From: a virus
Length of the DNA stretch: 64,000 nucleotides
IMG/VR virus record: IMGVR_UViG_3300026076_000001
Reading direction: 5' to 3' (one strand)
Shown: in pieces, positions 47,938 through 54,690 of the stretch
How the letters are laid out: every line of letters begins with the position of its first letter
Numbering within the stretch: position 1 is the stretch's first letter
Notes under the pieces: generated by a model
Databases searched by the model: none
Told to the model about the DNA's origin: nothing
What the model saw: the letters and a program-made list of their open reading frames with translations, nothing else
Translations under genes and position numbers: made by a program

Positions 47938-48203
47938 TAAATGTCAAGTTCTATTCTTAGCTCTAATGTATTTAACCTATTTTCGAGTGTGTCCAAATAA
48001 TCAGCAAGTTCCATATGCTTAGTGGAACCTGGGGGACGGTACATTATCTTACCGATAGGTCTTGCTGAGAGTTCTTCCACCCGTTTTTCAAGGGCGTTTA
48101 TTTTTTCTTCGAGTACCTTGTTCTCATTCTTAACGATCTGATCATTCAGTACTTTCTCATACCACTCACCGCTATCAGGGGGTGATTTTTTCGACTCTGG
48201 CAT
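47937..48203 (-). CDS. Hypothetical coiled-coil protein
   Basis: LEEKINALEKRVEEL..KIMYRPPGS; part of the late operon. Confidence 0.65.
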   Translation of the reverse strand: MPESKKSPPDSGEWYEKVLNDQIVKNENKVLEEKINALEKRVEELSARPIGKIMYRPPGSTKHMELADYLDTLENRLNTLELRIELDI

Positions 48204-48384
48204 CGGGATTACTCATCTTAAGTTTATCTAGTTCTTTCTCAGCAGTCGTCGTGGAGCGAAATTTGTGAGCGTCCTCGACGGCGTTTGTCCAGATACTATC
48301 CTGTCTCCAGTATATCACACCCGAAGATAATTTGCTACCCTCGTGCACACGGGATACAGTCCAGAAAGGTTTCTTAGTAGCCAT
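48175..48384 (-). CDS. Hypothetical protein
   Basis: 69-aa ORF directly after the late promoter at 48427. Confidence 0.6.
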   Translation of the reverse strand: MATKKPFWTVSRVHEGSKLSSGVIYWRQDSIWTNAVEDAHKFRSTTTAEKELDKLKMSNPDARVEKITP

Positions 48385-48426
48385 AATAGAAATTTTCCTT
48401 ATAAGAGAAATTTTTTCTCAAAAAAA

Positions 48427-48433
48427 TATTTAG
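48427..48433 (-). promoter_or_regulatory. Late promoter variant CTAAATA opening the structural module
   Basis: Plus strand tatttag. Confidence 0.6.
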
Positions 48434-48481
48434 CTCACTCGTTTGGTTCGTTATAGATTAGCATTGCCGAAATCTCCCTAT

Positions 48482-48514
48482 AAAAATCCCCTCGGTTTCA
48501 CTGTCCGAGGGGAT
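48482..48514 (-). terminator. Rho-independent terminator separating the early island from the late module
   Basis: ATCCCCTCGG...CCGAGGGGAT 10-bp stem followed by a T-run on the minus strand. Confidence 0.85.
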
Positions 48515-48521
48515 CACTGTT

Positions 48522-48659
48522 CTACTCAGTGCAGTAACTGGGGTCGATGGCACAAATCTGATCCATCTTGTCTGACTGCATTTGATCAACTTGGCGAATG
48601 GCGTTGGTGCCAAGGTGGACACCAACCAAGATTACGCCGAGTGCTAGGATGATTCTCAT
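48522..48659 (-). CDS. 45-aa membrane-anchored peptide
   Basis: Hand translation MRIILALGVILVGVHLGTNAIRQVDQMQSDKMDQICAIDPSYCTE; ATGA overlap with the upstream gene; not in the ORF track. Confidence 0.65.
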   Translation of the reverse strand: MRIILALGVILVGVHLGTNAIRQVDQMQSDKMDQICAIDPSYCTE

Positions 48660-48940
48660 TGCCAAACTCCGTTGACTGAATCACCCCATCCGTTGCGGAA
48701 GTATTCTTCACGCTCACGGTTCCTGATCTGAGGATCACCCAAATCATCCAACACGTCCTGTAAGAAATTTACTGGACTGACTTCACGAGTTTGAGGTGCG
48801 ATACCTGCAACGTGACGGTCGTGCTCATCACTCATTTGCTTGAGGATGGATTTCATAGCAGCGATCACAACGGGATCTTTGCGTGCTGCTTCGTTGGTGA
48901 GAAAGATGTTGTTGTTCATATTCAAATTATAAACCCCCAC
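48656..48940 (-). CDS. Early hypothetical protein (true start probably ATG at 48919)
   Basis: NIFLTNEAARKDPVV..AM motif; the annotated start overlaps the promoter. Confidence 0.65.
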   Translation of the reverse strand: MGVYNLNMNNNIFLTNEAARKDPVVIAAMKSILKQMSDEHDRHVAGIAPQTREVSPVNFLQDVLDDLGDPQIRNREREEYFRNGWGDSVNGVWQ

Positions 48941-48982
48941 TCGTGAGAATGGGGGTTCAAGTGGACAGTTATTTATCTGTCC
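48926..48982 (-). promoter_or_regulatory. Early-type promoter: GGACAG-N8-CTGTCC, 31 nt with hairpin, TATAAT
   Basis: Read directly; hairpin AACCCCCA...TGGGGGTT in the spacer. Confidence 0.75.
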
Positions 48983-49067
48983 TAGCTATTGATTCTTGTG
49001 CCCATACTCCAAAGTAGTATTTGATGTAGGGATCATTGCACAATAGGTCGTAGGTCTCTGAAGTCAT
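48969..49067 (-). CDS. 32-aa small ORF
   Basis: Hand translation MTSETYDLLCNDPYIKYYFGVWAQESIARTDK; short and unverified. Confidence 0.35.
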   Translation of the reverse strand: MTSETYDLLCNDPYIKYYFGVWAQESIARTDK

Positions 49068-49132
49068 TTGTGATGAAATAGAACGAGTTTGCGATTGAAT
49101 GGTTTGAGGATCTTGTTTACGATTCGGATCAT

Positions 49133-49273
49133 TCACAAGACCTCCTTCATTAGTTGAGCAATTACCGCTTCATCCTCTGGAATGTCGTTGAGATAGATTT
49201 CCAGATTCTCGTCTGATCCGAGAGATTCACGGATCAGATCATCAACGGCGTTAGTGTCGAACTTTTGGATCAC
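49133..49273 (-). CDS. 46-aa acidic small protein
   Basis: GTG start with GGAG SD and a GTGA overlap with the upstream gene; VIQKFDTNAVDDLIRESLGSDENLEIYLNDIPEDE... Confidence 0.5.
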   Translation of the reverse strand: MIQKFDTNAVDDLIRESLGSDENLEIYLNDIPEDEAVIAQLMKEVL

Positions 49274-49581
49274 TTGATTAACTCCATAGGAACATTAGGT
49301 GTGCAAACGAGACCAACCGAGTCTTGGCGAAATGCCTTAGCATATGCCTTGCCGATTTGTCTAAGAACTGATTCTAGCATTTGCTGGTCAGACTCTGCTG
49401 CCATTATGACTAAGATTTTACAATCTTCACGGGTGCCTTTCCAAAGACCAACGCCGTCAATAATTGTAGCATAGTCGAGATGTGGAGCAATGTCACTACG
49501 GATGAATTCATCAAACATAGTTTCGGTGACGGTGCCAGCGTCGGGGATGTCCAATCCCATCATCAGTTCAAGTCGGATCAT
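49270..49581 (-). CDS. DUF3574-like protein
   Basis: ELMMGLDIPDAG.V....FDEFI...I.PH....TIIDGVGLWKG..E and YAKAFRQDSVG pattern. Confidence 0.65.
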   Translation of the reverse strand: MIRLELMMGLDIPDAGTVTETMFDEFIRSDIAPHLDYATIIDGVGLWKGTREDCKILVIMAAESDQQMLESVLRQIGKAYAKAFRQDSVGLVCTPNVPMELIK

Positions 49582-49606
49582 AAAACCTTGGTTGCTTTAC
49601 TCTTTA

Positions 49607-49663
49607 AGTATAGCGTCTCAGTACCGACTTGGGATGCGTGAGTAGTCAGTTTGTGAACTGTCT
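49607..49663 (-). promoter_or_regulatory. Early-type promoter: AGACAG-N8-CTGACT, 31 nt, TATACT
   Basis: Read directly; lies in the 3' end of the upstream ORF. Confidence 0.6.
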
Positions 49664-49983
49664 GCTAGCTGTGGTTTTGGTACGTCATCCCGTCCTACAA
49701 TAAAGCAGTCGGGTGGATTGATACCATAACAAGAACCGATAATGTCATCCGCAGTTTCTGGGTCTTCCATTTCATTTATGTGCTCGATTAGTTCGTGCTC
49801 AGTCATTTTCTCGTAATAGTCCGTGAGACTATCCCACACATACTGTTCGAGATCTTTGTTGTCCATCCGATCCAGTACAATGTCTGTGTAGTTTTCAACT
49901 AGTGCATCAAATGTGCAGTCCTTCGCTTCGGGCATAATGGCAGTAAAAAAGAACAGTAAAAAGAGGATCGTGCTCATTGGCAC
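49618..49983 (-). CDS. Acidic early hypothetical protein
   Basis: LVENYTDIVLDRMDNKDLEQYVWDSL motif; start uncertain. Confidence 0.65.
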   Translation of the reverse strand: MPMSTILFLLFFFTAIMPEAKDCTFDALVENYTDIVLDRMDNKDLEQYVWDSLTDYYEKMTEHELIEHINEMEDPETADDIIGSCYGINPPDCFIVGRDDVPKPQLADSSQTDYSRIPSRY

Positions 49984-50114
49984 TGATCCTCAAACCTTTT
50001 ATAGACTTCGGTGTCTATTTCTTCTTGAGTCCAGTTGAGGAGTTCAGTTCTGAATTCTACAACCAAATCCTCGTAAATGGTTTCAAGGATTGACTCGTGA
50101 TGAAGTGTGCTCAT
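49974..50114 (-). CDS. 46-aa conserved early cyanophage protein
   Basis: Hand translation MSTLHHESILETIYEDLVVEFRTELLNWTQEEIDTEVYKRFEDQCQ; ATGA overlap with the upstream gene. Confidence 0.7.
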   Translation of the reverse strand: MSTLHHESILETIYEDLVVEFRTELLNWTQEEIDTEVYKRFEDQCQ

Positions 50115-50299
50115 AGTCCGTTTAAATACTCGTGAAGTTCGTTGATGTAATCATCATAACTCGAATCAGGGTATCTTTTCAAGTACCATTGTGGCACTTC
50201 CTTAACTGGTTCGGGTTTGGGTTTATCTGTTTTGAGATCGTACCCGTTCGCTCTGATGAATGAAGCATAGAAATGCTGTGGATAGAGATCACCGTACAT
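50111..50299 (-). CDS. Hypothetical protein
   Basis: 62 aa; WYLKRYP..SYDDYINELHEYLNG. Confidence 0.6.
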   Translation of the reverse strand: MYGDLYPQHFYASFIRANGYDLKTDKPKPEPVKEVPQWYLKRYPDSSYDDYINELHEYLNGL

Positions 50300-50454
50300 C
50301 AGGAATACTCAAAGGGTGAGGGTTCAAAAACTCTGTCACAGAGTTCTTCAAATGCTGCCTCGTCAATGTGATCAGGGCAACCGAGGTCACGAAGCATAAT
50401 GAGGGAATCCACGAGGGCGGTTTCCATTGCTTCGGTAAGTGGGATTTGTCTCAT
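50299..50454 (-). CDS. 51-aa hypothetical protein
   Basis: Hand translation MRQIPLTEAMETALVDSLIMLRDLGCPDHIDEAAFEELCDRVFEPSPFEYS; directly after the promoter at 50461. Confidence 0.6.
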   Translation of the reverse strand: MRQIPLTEAMETALVDSLIMLRDLGCPDHIDEAAFEELCDRVFEPSPFEYS

Positions 50455-50460
50455 ACATTA

Positions 50461-50517
50461 ATTATACAAAAAAATCACCCCTTGTGGGGTGACCTTGTGA
50501 CAGTTCCTGAACTGGTT
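50461..50517 (-). promoter_or_regulatory. Early-type promoter: AACCAG-N8-CTGTCA, 31 nt with hairpin and T-run, TATAAT
   Basis: Read directly; TCACCCC-ACAA-GGGGTGA hairpin. Confidence 0.75.
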
Positions 50518-50529
50518 GGCAGCCTGAAT

Positions 50530-50715
50530 TTATGCGAACAATGGACGCATATACTCTTTGAACTCCTCGCATCTGTGCTTAGCTAGCACTTGCATCTCTT
50601 TCTCTGTGATTACAATGTCGTAACCATCTGCCTTCATTTCATCGTAGCACGCTTGACTGATTCCCTTGTCGGTGATATCGTACTCGTGAAGTTGAACGTG
50701 CTTGAAAAATGACAT
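50530..50715 (-). CDS. Hypothetical protein
   Basis: 61 aa, FKHVQLHEYDITDKGISQACYDEM; preceded by AAGG and a long leader. Confidence 0.65.
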   Translation of the reverse strand: MSFFKHVQLHEYDITDKGISQACYDEMKADGYDIVITEKEMQVLAKHRCEEFKEYMRPLFA

Positions 50716-50879
50716 AGATTACCTTGAAAGAATAAGTGGTGTGGAGTCTTCAAAACTGTCTTTTCAGATGAAGTGCTCATCAGCAGTACAAGAGGTCTCC
50801 AAACATAAAGAGCAGTTGTCCACAGTGTGCGATCTAAGACGCTCCTGAATTGTTGCTCACCCCTGCCTTGCGTCTCCAC
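50716..50879 (-). ncRNA. Candidate structured leader RNA or small RNA (family unassigned)
   Basis: About 165 nt between a promoter and the next start codon, with complementary segments GTGGAG/CTCCAC, GAGACGC/GCGTCTT and GATGA/TCATC. Confidence 0.45.
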
Positions 50880-50885
50880 ATATTC

Positions 50886-50941
50886 ATTATAGCAATAAAA
50901 AAGCACCTGTAAGGTGCTTGTGGACAGTTTAACTAATGGCA
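50886..50941 (-). promoter_or_regulatory. Early-type promoter: TGCCAT-N8-CTGTCC, 30 nt with hairpin and T-run, TATAAT
   Basis: Read directly. Confidence 0.75.
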
Positions 50942-51120
50942 CAGCCATCAGCATCTAACTCTCGAATTTCGTTAATATCCCATTCAGAGACATACTCGTC
51001 AATGACATCAAATGAATTAATGTCCTCACGTGCTTTCTCTCGTGCTTCATCCTCAGAGTCAGCATCAACCTCGATCGTGAAATAATTGATCTCGGCACAT
51101 TCGATTAGATAGGATTTCAT
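50929..51120 (-). CDS. Small acidic protein
   Basis: FTIEVDADSEDEAREKA motif. Confidence 0.65.
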   Translation of the reverse strand: MKSYLIECAEINYFTIEVDADSEDEAREKAREDINSFDVIDEYVSEWDINEIRELDADGCAIS

Positions 51121-51572
51121 TGACCTAGGTATCCAGCAACCATCATTCCAGGTTCGTCATAGAACCACGTGACATCAACATCAGGAAATAGTTGACGCAA
51201 TGCGTAGAATATTCCTTCGGGTGGTGACCACGCAGTCTCAAACTCACATTCAAAACTGTTTTCATCTAAATGGTCACAACTGCCTTTGTCAATCTCCCAC
51301 TTAGTACCCCAGTTGATAATATTCCAATCGTACCAACGATCGTCATTTTTACCATCAGGGAAATCATACGTAGTGTGAATGACTCTGCCCTCGGTGTCCT
51401 TCATCTCTCTCAAGACTGGTAGTTCACCTTTGTCGTTGGGTGTGGTCTTCCAATCGGGTGCTGGTACGATATGCTGAAATGGTTCGTCATTGTCAAAGAT
51501 GTCATAGACTTCTTTTAACTGTGTTTCATTATCTGAATAGAATGAAACTCGGTTTTGACACCAGTTTGGCAT
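51117..51572 (-). CDS. DUF1281/YubB-like ferredoxin-fold protein
   Basis: MPNWCQN, WYDWNIINWGTKW, FETAWSPP and WFYDEPG. Confidence 0.8.
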   Translation of the reverse strand: MPNWCQNRVSFYSDNETQLKEVYDIFDNDEPFQHIVPAPDWKTTPNDKGELPVLREMKDTEGRVIHTTYDFPDGKNDDRWYDWNIINWGTKWEIDKGSCDHLDENSFECEFETAWSPPEGIFYALRQLFPDVDVTWFYDEPGMMVAGYLGQ

Positions 51573-51596
51573 AAATTCTCCTTAGTGGACATACCT

Positions 51597-51652
51597 ATTA
51601 TAGCAACCAATGCAACAAAATTAGATCAGATCAGACACTTTATCAACTGTCA
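51597..51652 (-). promoter_or_regulatory. Early-type promoter: TGACAG-N8-GTGTCT, 30 nt, TATAAT
   Basis: Read directly; dyad lies in the 3' end of 51621..51839; AGGAG SD downstream. Confidence 0.7.
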
Positions 51653-51839
51653 CCTTCTCAGCATCGGTACCGTATACAGTGTTGTAGTATAGTACTATGT
51701 CTTCAATATCCTTATTACCAAATTCTTTATACAAATTATCCAATACCTTCTGATAGTCTATTCCAGGAGTACTCTCTACTAGTTTAGCCATCCTGTTAGC
51801 TACTATCCTTTTGATTAAATCTTTCTTAGTGTGAGTCAT
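51621..51839 (-). CDS. Hypothetical protein
   Basis: 72-aa ORF. Confidence 0.55.
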   Translation of the reverse strand: MTHTKKDLIKRIVANRMAKLVESTPGIDYQKVLDNLYKEFGNKDIEDIVLYYNTVYGTDAEKVTVDKVSDLI

Positions 51840-51912
51840 AGTTAGTTGTTAACTCTACAGCATACCCATTTAATGTAAAAAGATTAAATAGAAGATTTAA
51901 TAGAAATTAGGA

Positions 51913-52098
51913 TTATAGAAATTCTTCAAAAGTCACATTATTGACTTTTTCGAGATCCTCAATTTCTAGTAAATCTTCCCAGTCCCACTGGGTTGGGTCA
52001 TCTTCTAATGTCAGGTCCAGGGTCACGCGGTACCTTGTAGTACTTGGTTGTGACAGTTCAATATGTGGTATACTGATGAAGTTCCTGGGAGCTGACAT
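51913..52098 (-). CDS. Hypothetical protein
   Basis: RYRVTLDLTLEDDPTQWDWEDLLEI; CTAAATA upstream at about 52120. Confidence 0.6.
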   Translation of the reverse strand: MSAPRNFISIPHIELSQPSTTRYRVTLDLTLEDDPTQWDWEDLLEIEDLEKVNNVTFEEFL

Positions 52099-52123
52099 AG
52101 AATAACGACCAATGCTGATGTAT

Positions 52124-52441
52124 TTAGGCGAACGTTTGCCAGTTGCCTACGTACTCAACCTCACCCTGCGGGGTAGGAACGAACCAATCAAATTTGCGTT
52201 GGAATAACCCGTAGCCTAGAACATCTCTAAGGATCTCGTTTAGGATCTGCTTAGTAGTGACGGTCCAGTACCCGCAATTGTTGATCTCTACACGGCAGCG
52301 ACCTGGTGCAATGGTTGCGATGTGGTGCCCGTGGAATCTGACCTCTACTCCTGTGTCTGTATGTGTTACAGATCTGTTGCCTTTGGCGAATGATTTGCCA
52401 TATGCAATTGAAGCGAGCATTTCAGAATCAACTTTTCTCAT
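52124..52441 (-). CDS. Conserved early cyanophage hypothetical protein
   Basis: MRKVD..M, VRFHGHHIATI, GYWTVTTK..LN.IL and FQRKFDWF. Confidence 0.7.
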   Translation of the reverse strand: MRKVDSEMLASIAYGKSFAKGNRSVTHTDTGVEVRFHGHHIATIAPGRCRVEINNCGYWTVTTKQILNEILRDVLGYGLFQRKFDWFVPTPQGEVEYVGNWQTFA

Positions 52442-52967
52442 CGTGTGGGTTCTTGTCTTTGTACTCTTCTATTATAGCGTCGCTCATCTGAATATCAAAC
52501 GCATTTGTGCCACTTTGTAGATTGGTTGCATCTGGGACCTCGAAGTTCAGCCCAGCCTCACCAACGACCACGGCATCCTCTGGCATTGTGCTACCTGTGA
52601 AAGCGTCCCAACCCCGCTTGAGCATATCTGGATTCTGTTCTAGTCTAGAATCTAGTTTTAGATTGCCTGATTGTATTCTTTCAGTAATGAAACGTCCAAT
52701 CGATGCATCTTCCCTCTCGATTGTGTCATTTATATCCTCTACTAGTTGATCTTCGTCGTCTCTATCTTGTTCAGCTTCCAATTTACCACTTAATTCCATA
52801 AATGAAGACTGAAACTCATCTAAATCATTATTTTTGTAACAATATTGTACATTAATGTTAGATTTAAACGTTACTTTAACAAAATTATTATCAAAATCAA
52901 GCTCCAAATACTCAATTGCACTGCTTGGTACCTCTCGATACCCTATTTTTCCTAGAATCTCAGCCAT
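52428..52967 (-). CDS. KTSC-like domain protein with acidic extension
   Basis: VPSSAIEYLELD...VKVTFKSN...YCY and SIGRFI....SGNL; KTSC-like pattern recognised by eye. Confidence 0.55.
   Translation of the reverse strand: MAEILGKIGYREVPSSAIEYLELDFDNNFVKVTFKSNINVQYCYKNNDLDEFQSSFMELSGKLEAEQDRDDEDQLVEDINDTIEREDASIGRFITERIQSGNLKLDSRLEQNPDMLKRGWDAFTGSTMPEDAVVVGEAGLNFEVPDATNLQSGTNAFDIQMSDAIIEEYKDKNPHDEKS
52471..52527 (-). promoter_or_regulatory. Early-type promoter: AACCAA-N8-GTGGCA, 31 nt containing TTGATA-N16, TATAAT
   Basis: Read directly; lies entirely inside the coding sequence of 52428..52967. Confidence 0.7.
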
Positions 52968-52996
52968 TTTGACGTTTTTGATTAAATCTTAAACTT

Positions 52997-53025
52997 ATAA
53001 TAACTCATTTATCTAAAAAAGTCAA
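52997..53025 (-). promoter_or_regulatory. Host-like sigma70 promoter TTGACT-N17-TATTAT
   Basis: Plus strand ataata at 52997-53002 and agtcaa at 53020-53025. Confidence 0.6.
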
Positions 53026-53196
53026 GTTTTTAACTTATTAAACTTTCGAGATTTCCGAATATTTCAGTTTTTTAAGTTTCTGAGGTTTTTGGTTGACAAA
53101 TGCTAGACTGCGGGCTAAGACCCCCAAATCCCTCAACATTAACCGAGAGATAGAACACCTAGGTATGGTTTATTTAACATTTATAAATGAACATAC

Positions 53197-53240
53197 TTTT
53201 CCACAGGTTTTCCACAAGTTATCCACAGGGTTGTGGAAAA
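53197..53240. promoter_or_regulatory. Cluster of four DnaA-box 9-mers
   Basis: TTTTCCACA at 53197 and 53208, TTATCCACA at 53219, and inverted TGTGGAAAA at 53232. Confidence 0.75.
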
Positions 53241-53252
53241 CTATCTGTCATA

Positions 53253-53450
53253 CTAAGGGGAGCTACGTGCGGAGCGTGTGGTAAGATTCTTCTTATCCTC
53301 TAGTAAACTGAGTTGTCTATCCACTTCTACCTTCAATGACATTAGATGTCCACCAAGGTACTGTTCCCACTCATTACCCTCGAACAAATCACCCAAATGT
53401 AGTAGATGTTCTTGTGCAAAGTACAATTTAGTTTGTTCATTCATTGCCAT
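53253..53450 (-). CDS. Hypothetical protein
   Basis: 65 aa; KLYFAQEHLLHLGDL..GNEWEQYL..HL.SLKVEVDRQL. Confidence 0.6.
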   Translation of the reverse strand: MAMNEQTKLYFAQEHLLHLGDLFEGNEWEQYLGGHLMSLKVEVDRQLSLLEDKKNLTTRSARSSP

Positions 53451-53662
53451 TAGCAGTCACATAGGTTAGGATGTTCACCTGTGTCACACCAAGCTTGAGC
53501 ACCTCCTTCTACACCTTCTGCATACTCACAAGAATATACACCTGGTGTTCCTGGATTACTCCAGTTAATTGCAGGTGCTCCTCCGTTGTATCCAAATCCA
53601 TATCCTCCATTAGTACATCCTACTAACAAGGGGGCTAGTAGTAGTAATTTAATCCTCGTCAT
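53450..53662 (-). CDS. Putative small lipoprotein
   Basis: MTRIKLLLLAPLLVGC signal peptide with lipobox; three C-terminal Cys. Confidence 0.6.
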   Translation of the reverse strand: MTRIKLLLLAPLLVGCTNGGYGFGYNGGAPAINWSNPGTPGVYSCEYAEGVEGGAQAWCDTGEHPNLCDC

Positions 53663-53774
53663 CTTTCTCTTTAAATGATACGATGTTATCTATGTTAAGC
53701 CAACCTAGTAGTGTCCATAGCCATATTAATGACAATACTAATACAAGTAATTCTACTACTGGTGTTGGTAACAT
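53649..53774 (-). CDS. 41-aa single-pass membrane peptide
   Basis: Hand translation MLPTPVVELLVLVLSLIWLWTLLGWLNIDNIVSFKEKDDED. Confidence 0.5.
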   Translation of the reverse strand: MLPTPVVELLVLVLSLIWLWTLLGWLNIDNIVSFKEKDDED

Positions 53775-54034
53775 TAGTCTAGTGACCCAAGGTCAGATAT
53801 TTGTTGTGGCTTTGGTTTATGTGCTTTAAACTCATCGTGGTTACCATCACCAGGCATTTTACCAAAGGCGAGGTACTCAACTGCTTGTATGCTCCCTTCA
53901 AGGCGATCTAGATCTCTGTCTAGTTTCACATACTCAAGATGTGCTTCTTCCAATTCAACTTGTCTCATTTCTAATTGTGTCACTCGTTTTGTGAAGCGAG
54001 CTAGCAACTGTTCGTATGATTCAGTTTCTTTCAT
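53774..54034 (-). CDS. Coiled-coil hypothetical protein
   Basis: ESYEQLLARFTKR...LDRLEGSIQAVEYLAFGKMP.DGNH. Confidence 0.65.
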   Translation of the reverse strand: MKETESYEQLLARFTKRVTQLEMRQVELEEAHLEYVKLDRDLDRLEGSIQAVEYLAFGKMPGDGNHDEFKAHKPKPQQISDLGSLD

Positions 54035-54061
54035 TGTTTTATACCAAAGGTGTGTAATGAT

Positions 54062-54256
54062 TTATGGGCGTTGTACTGGCATTAGTTTTGGTCCTGTATC
54101 ACGTTGGCAGGATGTTTGGAATGTATTCATTAGTTCTTGTGCCATATGACGGTAGCCACTACCAACATAGACCTGACCGCCGACGACCGCAACCGCACAC
54201 ACAGCCCAAAACCAATAATACCATTGAGTTTTTATCTGATGATCATTAGGTTTCAT
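54062..54256 (-). CDS. Small membrane protein
   Basis: QIKTQWYYWFWAVCAVAVVGGQVYVGSGY transmembrane segment. Confidence 0.65.
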   Translation of the reverse strand: MKPNDHQIKTQWYYWFWAVCAVAVVGGQVYVGSGYRHMAQELMNTFQTSCQRDTGPKLMPVQRP

Positions 54257-54276
54257 ACTATTAGCGAAGATATGTT

Positions 54277-54305
54277 ATTATAACATACGGGTGGAGATGT
54301 GTAAA
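54277..54305 (-). promoter_or_regulatory. Host-like sigma70 promoter TTTACA-N17-TATAAT
   Basis: Plus strand attata at 54277-54282 and tgtaaa at 54300-54305; the -10 box sits in the palindrome TATGTTAT-T-ATAACATA. Confidence 0.7.
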
Positions 54306-54311
54306 CCTCGG

Positions 54312-54319
54312 TATAAATA
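54312..54319 (+). promoter_or_regulatory. Late promoter TATAAATA on the plus strand (second ATAAATA at about 54369)
   Basis: Read directly; divergent from the sigma70 promoter. Confidence 0.55.
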
Positions 54320-54454
54320 CTCGTTTACAGATCATTAAGAAACTAGTGTGTGACAGGGATCCAGGACATAAATAGTAGTAGAATGAGCGAGGTCACAACA
54401 GATGCACCCAAACTTCCTTGTTATGAGGATCATTCAATCAGAGGTTAAACATTT

Positions 54455-54619
54455 ATGTTAAATCACAACGTCATCAGCAGTAATCAATTAGCAGATTGGA
54501 AAGAATCAACTGAGTCAGTCTACGAAGTGGACAACCATCTCAATAACTATTACGAGTGCATCATTGATGCTGGTGATGATACGTATACTGCACGTAGGTG
54601 CAACAGGCTACTACAATAA
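54455..54619 (+). CDS. 54-aa small protein of the picocyanobacterial/cyanophage HN.IS.NQLA.W...NYYEC family
   Basis: Hand translation MLNHNVISSNQLADWKESTESVYEVDNHLNNYYECIIDAGDDTYTARRCNRLLQ; SD AGAGG; not in the ORF track. Confidence 0.7.
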   Translation: MLNHNVISSNQLADWKESTESVYEVDNHLNNYYECIIDAGDDTYTARRCNRLLQ

Positions 54620-54624
54620 GCATA

Positions 54625-54683
54625 GTCCAGTTAACATACCGCCCACGAAACCCCTCGACAGAGGGGTTTTTTAATGCTATAAT
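54625..54683 (+). promoter_or_regulatory. Early-type promoter on the plus strand: GTCCAG-N8-CCGCCC, 33 nt with hairpin and T-run, TATAAT
   Basis: AAACCCCTC-GACA-GAGGGGTTT hairpin, then TTTTTTAATGCTATAAT as in the 57429 and 59954 copies. Confidence 0.65.
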
Positions 54684-54690
54684 GAATTCT

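Noticed and set aside
48385-48520. Intergenic region checked for a tRNA or other RNA gene
   Set aside because: Explained by a terminator, a late promoter and an AT-rich leader; no cloverleaf or T-loop.
50760-50785. CTGATGAG...GAAA on the minus strand resembling a hammerhead ribozyme core
   Set aside because: The segment between CUGAUGA and GAAA (GCACUUCAUCU) cannot form stem II with the required G-C closing pair and CGAAA; it fits a simple GAUGA/UCAUC hairpin better.
50634-50954. 106-aa minus-strand ORF spanning the candidate leader RNA
   Set aside because: It runs through a promoter and terminator hairpin and overlaps two better ORFs out of frame; no SD or recognisable motif.
54598-54690. 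N-terminal extension of the oxygenase in the ORF track
   Set aside because: It is translation through the previous gene's end, the hairpin and the -10 box; ATG 54691 gives a family-typical start.
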